Below, one piece after another: positions 46,631 to 56,212 of a DNA stretch of 64,000 bases; position 1 is the stretch's first letter; each line of letters begins with the position of its first letter. The notes under the pieces were generated by a model. It was not told the origin of the DNA, did not search any database, and saw nothing but the letters and a program-made list of their open reading frames with translations. A program made the position numbers and the translations under genes. The DNA is taken from the IMG/VR virus record IMGVR_UViG_2627854069_000003. The stretch is one strand, 5' to 3'. The DNA is from a virus (taxonomy: Duplodnaviria > Heunggongvirae > Uroviricota > Caudoviricetes).

Positions 46631-46968
46631 GAACGGATCATTCGATCAACGGCGAGTACCGCGTGCGCGATCGCTGCGCTGCGTTCTCGGTGTTGCTCAG
46701 CCGCTCGCTTCAAGATGCGCTCCTGCGGCGACTCCGTCGGCGACGGAAGATCCTTGAGCACGCAGCGGTACGTGACGGGACGCGAGCCTTCGATCCGTTC
46801 AACGCACTTCTTGCCGAGGAGGTTTCGTATGCGCCCCTTCACGGTATCGGTCGTCATCGATGCTTCGTATGCGATCTGCTCAATTGTCAGTCCGCGGCGG
46901 CCGGCCTTTCGCTTCAAGCAATCGCAGATCAACCAGTTACCCGAGCTCAAGCTCACTGTCTTCTTCAC
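46594..46968 (-). CDS. hypothetical DNA-binding protein
   Basis: 124 aa. Confidence 0.4.
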   Translation of the reverse strand: MKKTVSLSSGNWLICDCLKRKAGRRGLTIEQIAYEASMTTDTVKGRIRNLLGKKCVERIEGSRPVTYRCVLKDLPSPTESPQERILKRAAEQHRERSAAIAHAVLAVDRMIRSCASREQSSRHQ

Positions 46969-47318
46969 TCGATCTCCTGAATCGTGATGCCGTGCTCTCG
47001 GAGCATCAGCTTTCGTTTAATGACGTAGTCCTTGTTCTTCCGCGTGATGGCCGACTTCACATCCTCGACAACAAGCTCGCCCGCGGAATTGCGATAGGTG
47101 AAGTCGGCGACGTATTCGACGGCTCGCTCGATCGAGCCGTCCGAGCGCCGCTGACGCGCGATCAGCTCGAACTCCACCTGAAGACGAAGTTCGCTGATGT
47201 GGCCTGCCTCCTGTTGCCGACTCAATTCGAACCACCGTGAACGCTCGCGCTTGCTGTCGAACTTGATGCCGTCGTACTCGCACTTCGTGTTGCGGTACTT
47301 CGAGCGCTTCGCCGTCAT
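46965..47318 (-). CDS. DUF1064-family phage protein (possible longer form from GTG at about 47506 with GGAGG RBS)
   Basis: MTAKRSKYRNTKCEYDGIKFDSKRE...VEYVADFTY... typical DUF1064. Confidence 0.55.
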   Translation of the reverse strand: MTAKRSKYRNTKCEYDGIKFDSKRERSRWFELSRQQEAGHISELRLQVEFELIARQRRSDGSIERAVEYVADFTYRNSAGELVVEDVKSAITRKNKDYVIKRKLMLREHGITIQEIE

Positions 47319-47512
47319 TGCTGGCGGGAAGATCGGCCTGTCGAGGTCGCCTGAAGCAATCTCGTCGAATTCCGAATTCGGTTGATTGCCCGCGCGGCGC
47401 GCCAATTCACGCTCGGCGAAGCTGCGGCCGATGGTTCGGTCGTCGCGCACGCGTGCCGTGCCAACCATCGCCGTACCCTCGGGAACAACCAGCGGCCAAG
47501 AAGTACGCTTCG

Positions 47513-48505
47513 TCACGTCGCCTCCTGATCGCGCGGGATGTCGTTGAAGTACCGGTAGAGCTGCTCGTAGGTCGCGTTCCCAAAGCGGGCAGCCTCGCGG
47601 AGCATTTCCTCCATCGCCTCGCCGGGCCCGTCCGCCTTGACGACGCGCGCCTTGAAACGCATGAACACTTCGCCGTCGCGCTGCTCGATGCCCAGTTGCT
47701 TGCCGCGGTCGGTGACGCCCTGCGCGCTCTTGTGCCAGTCGGAAGGAACGTCCTGCCCGCTCGTCGCCGTGCTGTCCGGCTTCACCGGGAACAGCCCCGT
47801 CCAGCCGCGCAGCACCGCTTCGTCGATGCAGTCCGCCGGGGCGTGCCCAAGCTCTCTCAGCTTCTCGAGGCGGCGCAGCGACACCTTCGCCGCCGGGCGC
47901 GTCCACGGCGCCGACTTCTCCGACGCTTTCGCCTCGCGGTGCTCGCACCAGTCGAGCCATGCGTCGAGGGGCAGCCAGTCGGGCAGTTCGATTGATCGCA
48001 GTTCGCCATGCAACGCAACTCGCGGCGCACGCCGCGCGGGTTGATGGTTCTCTGATGGTTCTATGACGGTTCCTGATGATTCGGGTGCAAAAGCTTTGCA
48101 CCCTTTAGTGCTGTGATTTGCACCCTTTATGTCGCCAGTTGCACCCTTTACGTCGTCGTTTGCACCCTTTCCATTGGGTGCATTTTTTGCACCCTTTGAA
48201 CCCGACGAAATGGGCGCAAGTTCTGCACCGTTTATCCAGTCCGGATTGATTCGGTATTCGCGCGTGTTCCCACGCCCGCCCTTCGATTCGCTCACGAGAA
48301 TCAGCCAGCCGGACTGCTGCATCCGGCGAAGCTGGTACTGCACCGCACGCGGCGATTGGCGCGTCTTCGCAGCCAGCTTGTCGACGCTCGGATAGATGTG
48401 TGTGCCGTCGTCGTGCGAATGGTCCGCGAGTGCCAGCGCGAGAATCATCTCGCCGCCGCCCTCGGGATAGCGCTCGAACACCGCGTTCATAACCTTGACG
48501 CTCAT
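47513..48505 (-). CDS. phage replication initiation protein (N-terminal winged-HTH)
   Basis: MSVKVMNAVFERYPEGGGEMILALALADHSHDDGTHIYPSVDKLAAKTRQSPRAVQYQLRRMQQSGWL. Confidence 0.7.
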   Translation of the reverse strand: MSVKVMNAVFERYPEGGGEMILALALADHSHDDGTHIYPSVDKLAAKTRQSPRAVQYQLRRMQQSGWLILVSESKGGRGNTREYRINPDWINGAELAPISSGSKGAKNAPNGKGANDDVKGATGDIKGANHSTKGCKAFAPESSGTVIEPSENHQPARRAPRVALHGELRSIELPDWLPLDAWLDWCEHREAKASEKSAPWTRPAAKVSLRRLEKLRELGHAPADCIDEAVLRGWTGLFPVKPDSTATSGQDVPSDWHKSAQGVTDRGKQLGIEQRDGEVFMRFKARVVKADGPGEAMEEMLREAARFGNATYEQLYRYFNDIPRDQEAT

Positions 48506-48658
48506 AGGCTCCTCAGTGCCCGCACGGCAGCTCGCCGCGAGCGTCAGTCTTTGCGCCACACGACAAACACATGCGCTCGGTAGCCACGCGAGCCGTTACT
48601 GCGTCGGGCGTCATTTCGCCGGCGTGCGCCGGGCCTGCTTCTTGGACGTCGGTCGGAT

Positions 48659-48919
48659 TCAAGACGTCCTCCCGAGAGTCAAGCGATAGGCGCTCGGCTG
48701 GCCGGGCCGGCGCGTAACGTGCAGCACGCCGGCTTCCTCCAATGCGCGGAGGGCGGACGACACCGTGACGCGCGTAACGCTCGCGAACTCGGCAATGTCG
48801 TCGATTGACGGATCGCAATTCCCCTTCTCATCGGCCAACCTCGCCAGAAAGATCAGGATCACCTTGGCCGTCGGCGGGAGCTGCTCGCGCATAGCGCGGT
48901 TGAGGTACTCGAAACTCAT
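48659..48919 (-). CDS. winged-helix DNA-binding protein
   Basis: 86 aa ...DIAEFASVTRVTVSSALRALEEAGVL. Confidence 0.55.
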   Translation of the reverse strand: MSFEYLNRAMREQLPPTAKVILIFLARLADEKGNCDPSIDDIAEFASVTRVTVSSALRALEEAGVLHVTRRPGQPSAYRLTLGRTS

Positions 48920-49740
48920 TCGGCAGCCTCCTGTGCGCTTTCCGCGTCATCGATGCCGAGCACCCACCGCAGCGCCGCCAAGCGCTCGCCCGTCGCCTCC
49001 GTGAGCGCCGCCTCGATCTGCTTACGCGAGCGCACGCGTGCCGCCGTACCGCCGAGCACAGCCTTCTGCGCACGCGAACGCGCATGCCCTTCTTTGCCGT
49101 CCGCAGCGTCGATCAGCGCCTGAACCTTCGCGCGTTGCTCGTCCGGAGGCAGCTTCGCGAGCTTCAACGCGTGCGACACCGTGATCTGTTCCGCTTCGAC
49201 GGCGTCGCGCACCGCCATGCAGCAGTCGAGCAACTTCAACGCGGCACGCACAGTCGGCACCTCGACGCCGAACGCGACAGCGATTGCGTCCTCGGTATGG
49301 CCGACGTCGAGCATGCGGGCCATCTTCTCGGCCCGGTTGATCGGCGAGTCCTCTTCGCGGATCTCGTTCGTGCTGACCATCATTCCGACGAACGACTTGT
49401 CGCTGTCGCGCATGACGCGTTTCGGGATCGCCGGGATCGTGATCGGCTCTTCGCCTGCCTCGATCAGCAGGCGATTCAGCTCGCGCGCGTTGATCACGCG
49501 GCGGCGGCCGTCGATCACGAGGTTTTCGCCCGTCTCCGGGTCTTTGTAGAAGAGCACCGGCTCGAGCACGCCTTGCGCGCGGTAGTTCCGAACCGTCTTC
49601 GAGTTCGGCGCCTGATGCACGCGCCGGTCGTACAGTGGGTGCTTCGGGTCCGTGACGAGCGTCAGCTTGTCCGGATCCATCGAGAGAACGTTGCCCTTGC
49701 CTGATGCCCCGTAGACGTCGATTGAGTTTTTGGCCATCAA
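48916..49740 (-). CDS. ParB-like nuclease domain protein
   Basis: ParB/Srx N-terminal motif ...VLEPVLFYKDPETGENLVIDGRRRVINA... Confidence 0.75.
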   Translation of the reverse strand: MMAKNSIDVYGASGKGNVLSMDPDKLTLVTDPKHPLYDRRVHQAPNSKTVRNYRAQGVLEPVLFYKDPETGENLVIDGRRRVINARELNRLLIEAGEEPITIPAIPKRVMRDSDKSFVGMMVSTNEIREEDSPINRAEKMARMLDVGHTEDAIAVAFGVEVPTVRAALKLLDCCMAVRDAVEAEQITVSHALKLAKLPPDEQRAKVQALIDAADGKEGHARSRAQKAVLGGTAARVRSRKQIEAALTEATGERLAALRWVLGIDDAESAQEAAE

Positions 49741-49771
49741 TGGCTCCTATTGAGATAGTTTGTGAATGGAG

Positions 49772-50746
49772 CTATTCGCAGAGCCCGTATGCAGACGCGC
49801 ACGCGGTCGGCGGCTCGGCGTCGGCGAGAAGATCGTATTGCCGTCCGCCGCGGGTCGTCTTCGACCATTCGACGACTGAATAGATGGTGCTGCCCTGCCC
49901 CGCATGCCCCTGCGTGCCCAGGTGAAAGAACGAGACTGGCGAGCGCGGGCGGCATACTTCAGACACCAGCCGCTCCCACGCGGCGATGCGCTCTATGTGC
50001 TCCGGAAAGCGTCGCGCGATCTCGCGGATCTCGACCTTCTGCGCGTTGATACACGGCATGCAGCCGACGCGCGACATGCCCTCGCGGTAGAGGGGATTCG
50101 GGTCGATACCAGCACACTCGTGCGCCTCGAATACGTCGGCGACGTTCCAGCGCAGAATCGGGCGGAAGACGGCGTAATGGCCGCCTCGGATCTCGTACGA
50201 TGGCAGCCAGCGTCGCGCCTCGCTCTCGTCCGCGCGGACGCCCTGCCACGACTCGACGAAGTAACCAGCGTCGATCAGGTCAAGCGCGTATTCGGTCAGC
50301 GGGTTCCGCTTGAGATACTCGGTACAGAACTGGCGTTTTCGCGACGGGAACCCGCCGCGCAACATGCAGAGATCCAAATACGGGTTGCCGCTCGGGTGAA
50401 GCAGTTCGAGCGCGCGCGCCGCCGCCTGAGGCGTCCAGTTGTACATGAACTCACGCTTGCCGTAGACCGCCGACTCAGGCTCGCCAGCAGCGATCCGCGC
50501 GAGGTTCGCCCGCTTCGTCGCGAACTCGTCGGCGAAGTCGGCGCGCACAACGTCGACGGAAATATCGAGCGCGCGTGGTAGATATTCGAGCGCGTACTCG
50601 TACGTCGACTCGTGCTCATTGCCTGTATCCGCAAACACGGCGCGCACGTTCTCGCGACCGTGCAACTCAAGCGCAACGCACAGCGTCGCGGTACTGTCCT
50701 TGCCGCCAGACAGCGAGACGACATGAAGGATCGGCCGCTCGCTCAT
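49772..50746 (-). CDS. PAPS reductase-family (PP-loop, DndC/QueC-like) protein
   Basis: SLSGGKDS PP-loop motif at the N-terminus (start MSERPILHVV). Confidence 0.75.
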   Translation of the reverse strand: MSERPILHVVSLSGGKDSTATLCVALELHGRENVRAVFADTGNEHESTYEYALEYLPRALDISVDVVRADFADEFATKRANLARIAAGEPESAVYGKREFMYNWTPQAAARALELLHPSGNPYLDLCMLRGGFPSRKRQFCTEYLKRNPLTEYALDLIDAGYFVESWQGVRADESEARRWLPSYEIRGGHYAVFRPILRWNVADVFEAHECAGIDPNPLYREGMSRVGCMPCINAQKVEIREIARRFPEHIERIAAWERLVSEVCRPRSPVSFFHLGTQGHAGQGSTIYSVVEWSKTTRGGRQYDLLADAEPPTACASAYGLCE

Positions 50747-50838
50747 GCAATCGCCTCCCGCATGGAAGGCTCTACCGCGGATGCGATATGATTTGTACAC
50801 AGGAACGTGCACATTCCAATATCGAGAGAGACCAACCC

Positions 50839-51474
50839 ATGGCTACCATCGTCCACGACTGCCCTCATTGCCTTGCGACAAGGGCAGCGTTTGACGTCGC
50901 CTTCGCACAACCACACCCGACGCAAGGCGGTTTGTGGAACGTCCTCGCCGTTTGTCCGGCGTGCGGACTTGCTATATACGCGAACGTCCGAAGTCCATCG
51001 CCGAACTACAACCCGAAGGCGTACATCGGGAACCTGATGTTGGCACATGGCTATTTCGTAGCAAAAGTGTTTCCAGAGACAGAGCAATCGCCAGCGCCGG
51101 AGCACGTCCCGGAGGCTGCGGGTAGAGCATATGAGCAAGGGGCGCGATGTCTGAGCCGAAGCGATTTCACACCTGCCGCAGCGATGTTTCGGCGCTGTTT
51201 GGAAATTGCCCTCAAAAAATTCAGCCCGGACATTGAAGCGTGGAAACTCGAGAAGAGAATCGACAAGCTCGCGGACGCTGGCAAGATCACGCAGGATCTG
51301 AAAACCTGGGCGCACCGGGTCCGTCTTGACGGGAACGATGCCTTGCACGAGGAAGAAGAATTTACGCGCGAGTCGGCCACTGAGCTTATGGAATTCACGA
51401 GACTGCTGCTGACCTATCTCTACACTCTTCCCGAAAAGATTCGACTTAGATTGGGGCAAGCAGACGCTAATTAG
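50839..51474 (+). CDS. zinc-finger + DUF4145 domain protein (Abi/defence-associated domain)
   Basis: CPHC...CPAC N-terminus; C-terminal KTWAHRVRLDGNDALHEEEEFTRESATELMEFTRLLLTYLY resembles DUF4145; opposite strand to the surrounding operon; AT-rich. Confidence 0.55.
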   Translation: MATIVHDCPHCLATRAAFDVAFAQPHPTQGGLWNVLAVCPACGLAIYANVRSPSPNYNPKAYIGNLMLAHGYFVAKVFPETEQSPAPEHVPEAAGRAYEQGARCLSRSDFTPAAAMFRRCLEIALKKFSPDIEAWKLEKRIDKLADAGKITQDLKTWAHRVRLDGNDALHEEEEFTRESATELMEFTRLLLTYLYTLPEKIRLRLGQADAN

Positions 51475-51644
51475 GCAAACACTTCGTCCGGAACATGGCA
51501 CTCGCGTTGCCCAAATTGCTCGGTCGGCTTGGACGCAGCGCGTCGGCTTGCCCTTGGCAATACGGCAACTCGAGACCGATGCGGCACACCGAATCTCGCC
51601 GATCTTGCGATCTTGGAAATTGAACAGATCCACAAATAGACAGT

Positions 51645-52085
51645 TCATTCGGCCATACCGCGCAGCCGCGCAGCGAGATTGAACAGCACCTGTGCGTGCT
51701 GGAAGATGCGCGCTTCGACACGCACAACCTCGGAGTGCTCGACGCGCCCGTCTTCGAGCGTCTTGACGATCTCTCGGCCAACCAGACCGTGCGTCGACCA
51801 CGCCTTGCCCATCAGTTCGACGATCGCGGCGTCGCAGCAGTCCACAGCGCTCGGCAACTTCACGAGCGCATAACCCCGCGCCGTAGCCCACGCTTCGAGC
51901 ATCCGATCGTCGTCGGTCACGTCCGTCGCGCGAACCGCGTCAGCGAGCCCGAGGTGATGCGTAGCGTTGTTTGGGTTCACCTTGTTCCGCAGCACCGCCG
52001 CCGACATACCAAGACGCGGCGCGAGCGACTCACTGCCGCCCGGGTAATCGTGAACAACCGCGTATGCGGCGTCGATGATGTTCAT
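51645..52085 (-). CDS. phage CII-like transcriptional activator
   Basis: 146 aa MNIIDAAYAVVHDYPGGSESLAPRLGMSAAVLRNKVNPNNATHHL... (Phage_CII family). Confidence 0.65.
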   Translation of the reverse strand: MNIIDAAYAVVHDYPGGSESLAPRLGMSAAVLRNKVNPNNATHHLGLADAVRATDVTDDDRMLEAWATARGYALVKLPSAVDCCDAAIVELMGKAWSTHGLVGREIVKTLEDGRVEHSEVVRVEARIFQHAQVLFNLAARLRGMAE

Positions 52086-52103
52086 TCAATCCTCATCTGA
52101 ACG

Positions 52104-52505
52104 TTGTTCGTCACGGTAAGGACTACTAAAGTGTGTCCCTATGACGTGAACGAAATTTCAACTTCCTCGACCACGCCATGCAGGCGCGATCTACTGCATT
52201 GGGCGAGGGTCCCGGACTTTCGTCTTAGAATTGGCAGCTCTCAAACAACCACTTCTCTACGGGCCCTCATGGAAGTTCCAAATCACGAACTCGAAATTCT
52301 TGCTAACCGCGTCCTCATTCAAACGATCATTGCGGCACTCGAAGTGGCGCATCCCGGCTCCGAGGCAACGATCAAACGGCTAATTGAGAAATTCACTCAG
52401 GTCGACGGCCTAGACCCATTGAGCGAAAAGATTGCCGAGATTGCTTTGCGGGTCGTCTCTAACGAGCCCGAGAAACCAGCTCTGACGCTCGTAAAGTCCG
52501 ACTAA
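52104..52505 (+). CDS. hypothetical protein (start uncertain)
   Basis: ORF only. Confidence 0.25.
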   Translation: MFVTVRTTKVCPYDVNEISTSSTTPCRRDLLHWARVPDFRLRIGSSQTTTSLRALMEVPNHELEILANRVLIQTIIAALEVAHPGSEATIKRLIEKFTQVDGLDPLSEKIAEIALRVVSNEPEKPALTLVKSD

Positions 52506-52717
52506 GCTTTTTGGTCAATGCGGCGATGTCCGGCTCGCGTTCCGCACGATGTGCTTCGATCGCCGGCCGGATCAGCCACAGGACGAAACGCGCGTACATG
52601 CGCTTCATGAAATCTCCTTCTGCAGAGGGTTACATAGGATAACGTTAACCTACACAAGATAAAACACCCAATAGCGCTCCCAACCACCTTCATCTAACGA
52701 ATGCAGACGAGGCTGCA

Positions 52718-52960
52718 TTAGAGAGTCAGTTCTGTCTCTCCGACGATATCGGGCCAGACGTCTCGAACTACGTTGAGAGGAAACAGATCGCGCCGACAAA
52801 CGGCGCCCATCGTCGCCTGCTCGATCGGCCAGCCGAACGGTATTGGTACAGGCCTACGCCTATTGGCCCATGCGCTGATATCAGAGGCGTGAGCGCCGAT
52901 GGCTTCAGCCAACTTGACAAGCCGGCCGCGCTCCGCGTCGAGGTAGGTTCTCAGATCCAT
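52718..52960 (-). CDS. Cro-like repressor (YdaS/Cro HTH)
   Basis: MDLRTYLDAERGRLVKLAEAIGAHASDISAWANRRRPVP. Confidence 0.6.
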   Translation of the reverse strand: MDLRTYLDAERGRLVKLAEAIGAHASDISAWANRRRPVPIPFGWPIEQATMGAVCRRDLFPLNVVRDVWPDIVGETELTL

Positions 52961-52967
52961 ACCGAGA

Positions 52968-53030
52968 CTTTAGCGAAACGCAAAACCTTTGTCTATAGCG
53001 TTTCGCGCATGTACGGCTTTAGCGTTTTGC
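52968..53030. promoter_or_regulatory. operator cluster (three 13-bp sites TTTAGCGAAACGC / TATAGCGTTTCGC / TTTAGCGTTTTGC) between the cro-like and cI-like genes
   Basis: Motif repeated at about 25-bp spacing in the divergent intergenic region. Confidence 0.55.
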
Positions 53031-53045
53031 TATTGAATTTGATAC

Positions 53046-53438
53046 ATGAAGGACATCGACGAAATCAGGCGAGACAATCTGCGGCTCCTCGAGACGGAAT
53101 GCGGCAGCCCCACGGCCGCGGCGAAAATGCTCGATATGAGTCTCGCCCAATACGCTAACCTGCGCGATGGCGCGAGGGACTCCCAGACCGGCAAGAAGCG
53201 CGGCATGCGCAAGGACACCGCCCGGCGAATCGAAGAAGCTGCGGGTAAGCCGCGTGGCTGGCTCGACATCGACCACGAGCAGAACTCTGCCTCCCCAAAG
53301 GCGGGAAGCCGCACGCCCGCGGGATGGGAGCGGCTTGACGCAGGCGGTCGGGCTCAGGTCGAGGCGTTTATTAAGGGCCTTCTGGCCCGCCCCCACCAAT
53401 CCGACCCAAAAGATGACGATCGCCCATCAGGTGACTGA
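53046..53438 (+). CDS. CI-like HTH transcriptional regulator (no S24 peptidase domain)
   Basis: N-terminal HTH AAAKMLDMSLAQYANLRDG. Confidence 0.55.
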   Translation: MKDIDEIRRDNLRLLETECGSPTAAAKMLDMSLAQYANLRDGARDSQTGKKRGMRKDTARRIEEAAGKPRGWLDIDHEQNSASPKAGSRTPAGWERLDAGGRAQVEAFIKGLLARPHQSDPKDDDRPSGD

Positions 53439-53905
53439 ATCGCGAACGTAGTAACTCGTAGAGACCCGCGATAGGTTCCAGAGACCCATCCCTGAAACAG
53501 AATTCTCTCGTTTCAACGACGCGCCCGCCCTGCAGGGTGACGCCCCGTGCGCTCCTATCAAGGAGAACGTTCCAGCGTCCGTCAGGACGCCGCCGCTGAA
53601 CAAGTGCGACAGCGCCCAACAAATCGGGATTGACTGTTGCAACGACTCTAACTAAATCCCCCGGCTTACATCGCAGGCGCGCTGTCGCTTCTTCCTTCAA
53701 GGTGGCCCTCTTTCATCTTATTAAATACTGTGCATATATACAGTATTCTGCCAAGGACAATCCGGCCTAACAACGTCAATTCTGTCAGGGTGTAAGGAAA
53801 CAGCGCCCCCCCCCCCTCACTTCATCAATCGTTCAACGGATCACGTAGCCGCGCCCGACCATACGCACACGAAGTCGATGTAGGAAGAAACAAAATTTCT
53901 TCGGA

Positions 53906-53950
53906 GATTTCGCGTTTCGCTATAGACAAAGATTTCGCGTTTCGCTAAAG
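53906..53950. promoter_or_regulatory. second operator cluster (2 copies GATTTCGCGTTTCGCTAWAG, the same motif in inverted orientation)
   Basis: Contains the reverse complement of the TAWAGCGAAACGC operator motif twice. Confidence 0.45.
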
Positions 53951-54334
53951 TTCGACCCATGGCAGCACCGAACGCTGCGCCACCGCTCCGGCGGATCGAT
54001 CTTTAAGAGTGCCAGCGCACCGGGACCCGCCCCGCGGGAGCAACCGGTCGGCTCAACGGTGTAGCCGAGAAACGGGGTAGCGCCCGACACCACTCAGCTT
54101 TCATGAGATGGGGTCCTGCCGATGCGGACGTGGTCTGGCCACGGCGAGGGAGCCAGAGGACGCCGGAGTTGGTCGCGACGCACGTGGCGGTTCGCGAGAT
54201 AGCCGGATTGACGTTCGGAGGGGAAAGCGAAGCCGGGAGTCGCGGCAGTGGCCCCATCCCATGAAGACTGACAAGGAAGCAGAGGCGATTAGTGTTACGC
54301 CCCGATCGTTGTATTGAATTCGGAGTGCTAAATC

Positions 54335-54610
54335 ATGAGGGGAAATGAGGATCGCGATCGTGACTCTTCGAAAGGAGATCCAGTGGAAACGAAACGGAAG
54401 ATCCCGACCGTCTCGGTCGAGTGGTTGGAGAACGCGGCAGCTGACCTTGAGGTGAGCGCAAACGCGAGCCGCGAGACGTGGGCCTTGCTCGGCCTATCCC
54501 ATCGATACAGCGAGAACATCGGCCGCGCTCACGCTATGCGACATGCGGCGCGCATGAAGCTCGACTACGACCGACGCATGTTCCTGCGTACGGTCGGGCT
54601 CAAGGTCTAG
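54335..54610 (+). CDS. small hypothetical protein
   Basis: 91 aa. Confidence 0.3.
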   Translation: MRGNEDRDRDSSKGDPVETKRKIPTVSVEWLENAAADLEVSANASRETWALLGLSHRYSENIGRAHAMRHAARMKLDYDRRMFLRTVGLKV

Positions 54611-55120
54611 GAATTCGATCATGAGCCAACCCGCAAAGAACCTGCTCGAGCTGCGCCGCATGCCTCGCGGTGCGCTCGTCGAACACCTGCTGCGCGAAGT
54701 TGCGCGAGACCTGATTGCAACCGGCGTCACCACAGTTCGAAACGACGCCCGAATCACCGCACGACCGGAGACACGATGGAACGACAAATGATCAGCGAGT
54801 ACATCCGCGGTTGGAACGATCGAGCACTCGGCCGCGCCCCCCGCGCCAGCACGATCGGATATCGGCTCGGCTACAAAGACGCGCGCAAGAACTGACATGA
54901 ACATGCTCAAGGTTTGGGTAGGGGCCGCGGTAGCAGTCGCCCTATTCCTCTGGCTGTGCGCACAAGCAGATGAGCACGAAGACGTGTTCGAACAAACGGT
55001 GCCGCATCTTTCAACCTGATAGCAGACAAATTTCGGCACAAGATTTCATGCAATTAATTTCGCATTCCTAATCCCCGCTCGCCGCGCGCGGGATTTCCTC
55101 TCGGATAAGCGCGGCCTTTC

Positions 55121-55157
55121 GGCGGGGCGGCCCGTATGTGCGCCCCGCCCTTTTTTA
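55121..55157 (+). terminator. rho-independent terminator (GGCGGGGCGG...CGCCCCGCC + TTTTTT)
   Basis: GC stem followed by a T6 run. Confidence 0.45.
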
Positions 55158-55348
55158 CCGGAGATACCCATCAAAACCGCTTCGAAGTTCATCGTCGCGG
55201 CCGTGCTGTTTCTGGTGCTGCTGTCGATCGTAACCCCATGGCTGGTGAATCAGGACAGCAGCATCACCCTGCTCGCCGTGCCGTTCGTATGGCTGGCGTA
55301 TGCCGCCGCTTTCGTGAAATTTCTTCCCCCTCAACCCAAGGAGAACAA

Positions 55349-56161
55349 GTGAAACGCCTGTTTCTGATTTCGATCGTCGCACCCTTGATGTTCCTCGTGA
55401 CCGGTTGCGACAACGTCCCGGCCGGCTATGTCGGCGTGAAGGTGCAACGCTACGGCGACGACCGCGGCGTCAACGTCGAGGTGAAAGGCCCCGGCCGCTA
55501 CTTCAACGGGCCGAACGTCGACATGTTCATCTTCCCGACGTTCACACAGTCCTACGTGTGGGACAAGGCGGGCAAGTCCGACGAGTCGTTCACCTTCCAG
55601 ACGATTGAAGGTCTGTCGGTCAACACCGATATCGGCGTCAGCTACGCGATCCCCCGAGAGAACGCGCCGAAGGTGTTCCAGAAGTACCGGCGCGGCGTTG
55701 ACGAAATCACGGGCGTCTATCTGCGCGCGATCGTGCGCGACGCACTGAATCTCGCCGGCGCATCGATGGCTGTCGAGGACGTCTACGGCAAGGGCAAGGC
55801 GGCACTGCAGCAGCGCGTCGAGGACGAGGTCAAGGCAAACGCCGCGCAGGTCGGGATCAGCGTCGAGAAAGTCTACTTCGTGAACCAGATGCGCCTCCCC
55901 GAACAAGTCATGAACTCGATCAACGGGAAGATCGCCGCGACGCAGATCGCGCAGCAGAAAGAGAACGAACTGCGCGCTGCCGAGGCGGACGCAGCGAAGC
56001 AAGTCGCGATCGCCAAGGGCGAGGCCGAAGCGCTCGAAGTGAAAGCGAAAGCACTGCGCGAGAACAGCCAGATTCTGCAACAGATGGCGATCGAGAAATG
56101 GGACGGCAAGCTTCCCCAGTACATGGGCTCGAACAGCGTCCCGTTCGTCCAGATCAAGTAA
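55349..56161 (+). CDS. SPFH/band-7 (prohibitin-like) lipoprotein
   Basis: GTG start with AAGGAG RBS; lipobox LVTGC; SPFH-like core. Confidence 0.7.
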   Translation: MKRLFLISIVAPLMFLVTGCDNVPAGYVGVKVQRYGDDRGVNVEVKGPGRYFNGPNVDMFIFPTFTQSYVWDKAGKSDESFTFQTIEGLSVNTDIGVSYAIPRENAPKVFQKYRRGVDEITGVYLRAIVRDALNLAGASMAVEDVYGKGKAALQQRVEDEVKANAAQVGISVEKVYFVNQMRLPEQVMNSINGKIAATQIAQQKENELRAAEADAAKQVAIAKGEAEALEVKAKALRENSQILQQMAIEKWDGKLPQYMGSNSVPFVQIK

Positions 56162-56212
56162 CGAAATTCTGAGCCCACGCCCGGCTCTCCCCTCGGATAT
56201 GGGCGGCCTTTA

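Noticed and set aside
46965-48101. 378-aa minus-strand ORF
   Set aside because: Only its last 117 codons (DUF1064) look real; the upstream part overlaps the replication gene in another frame and is Arg/Gly-rich
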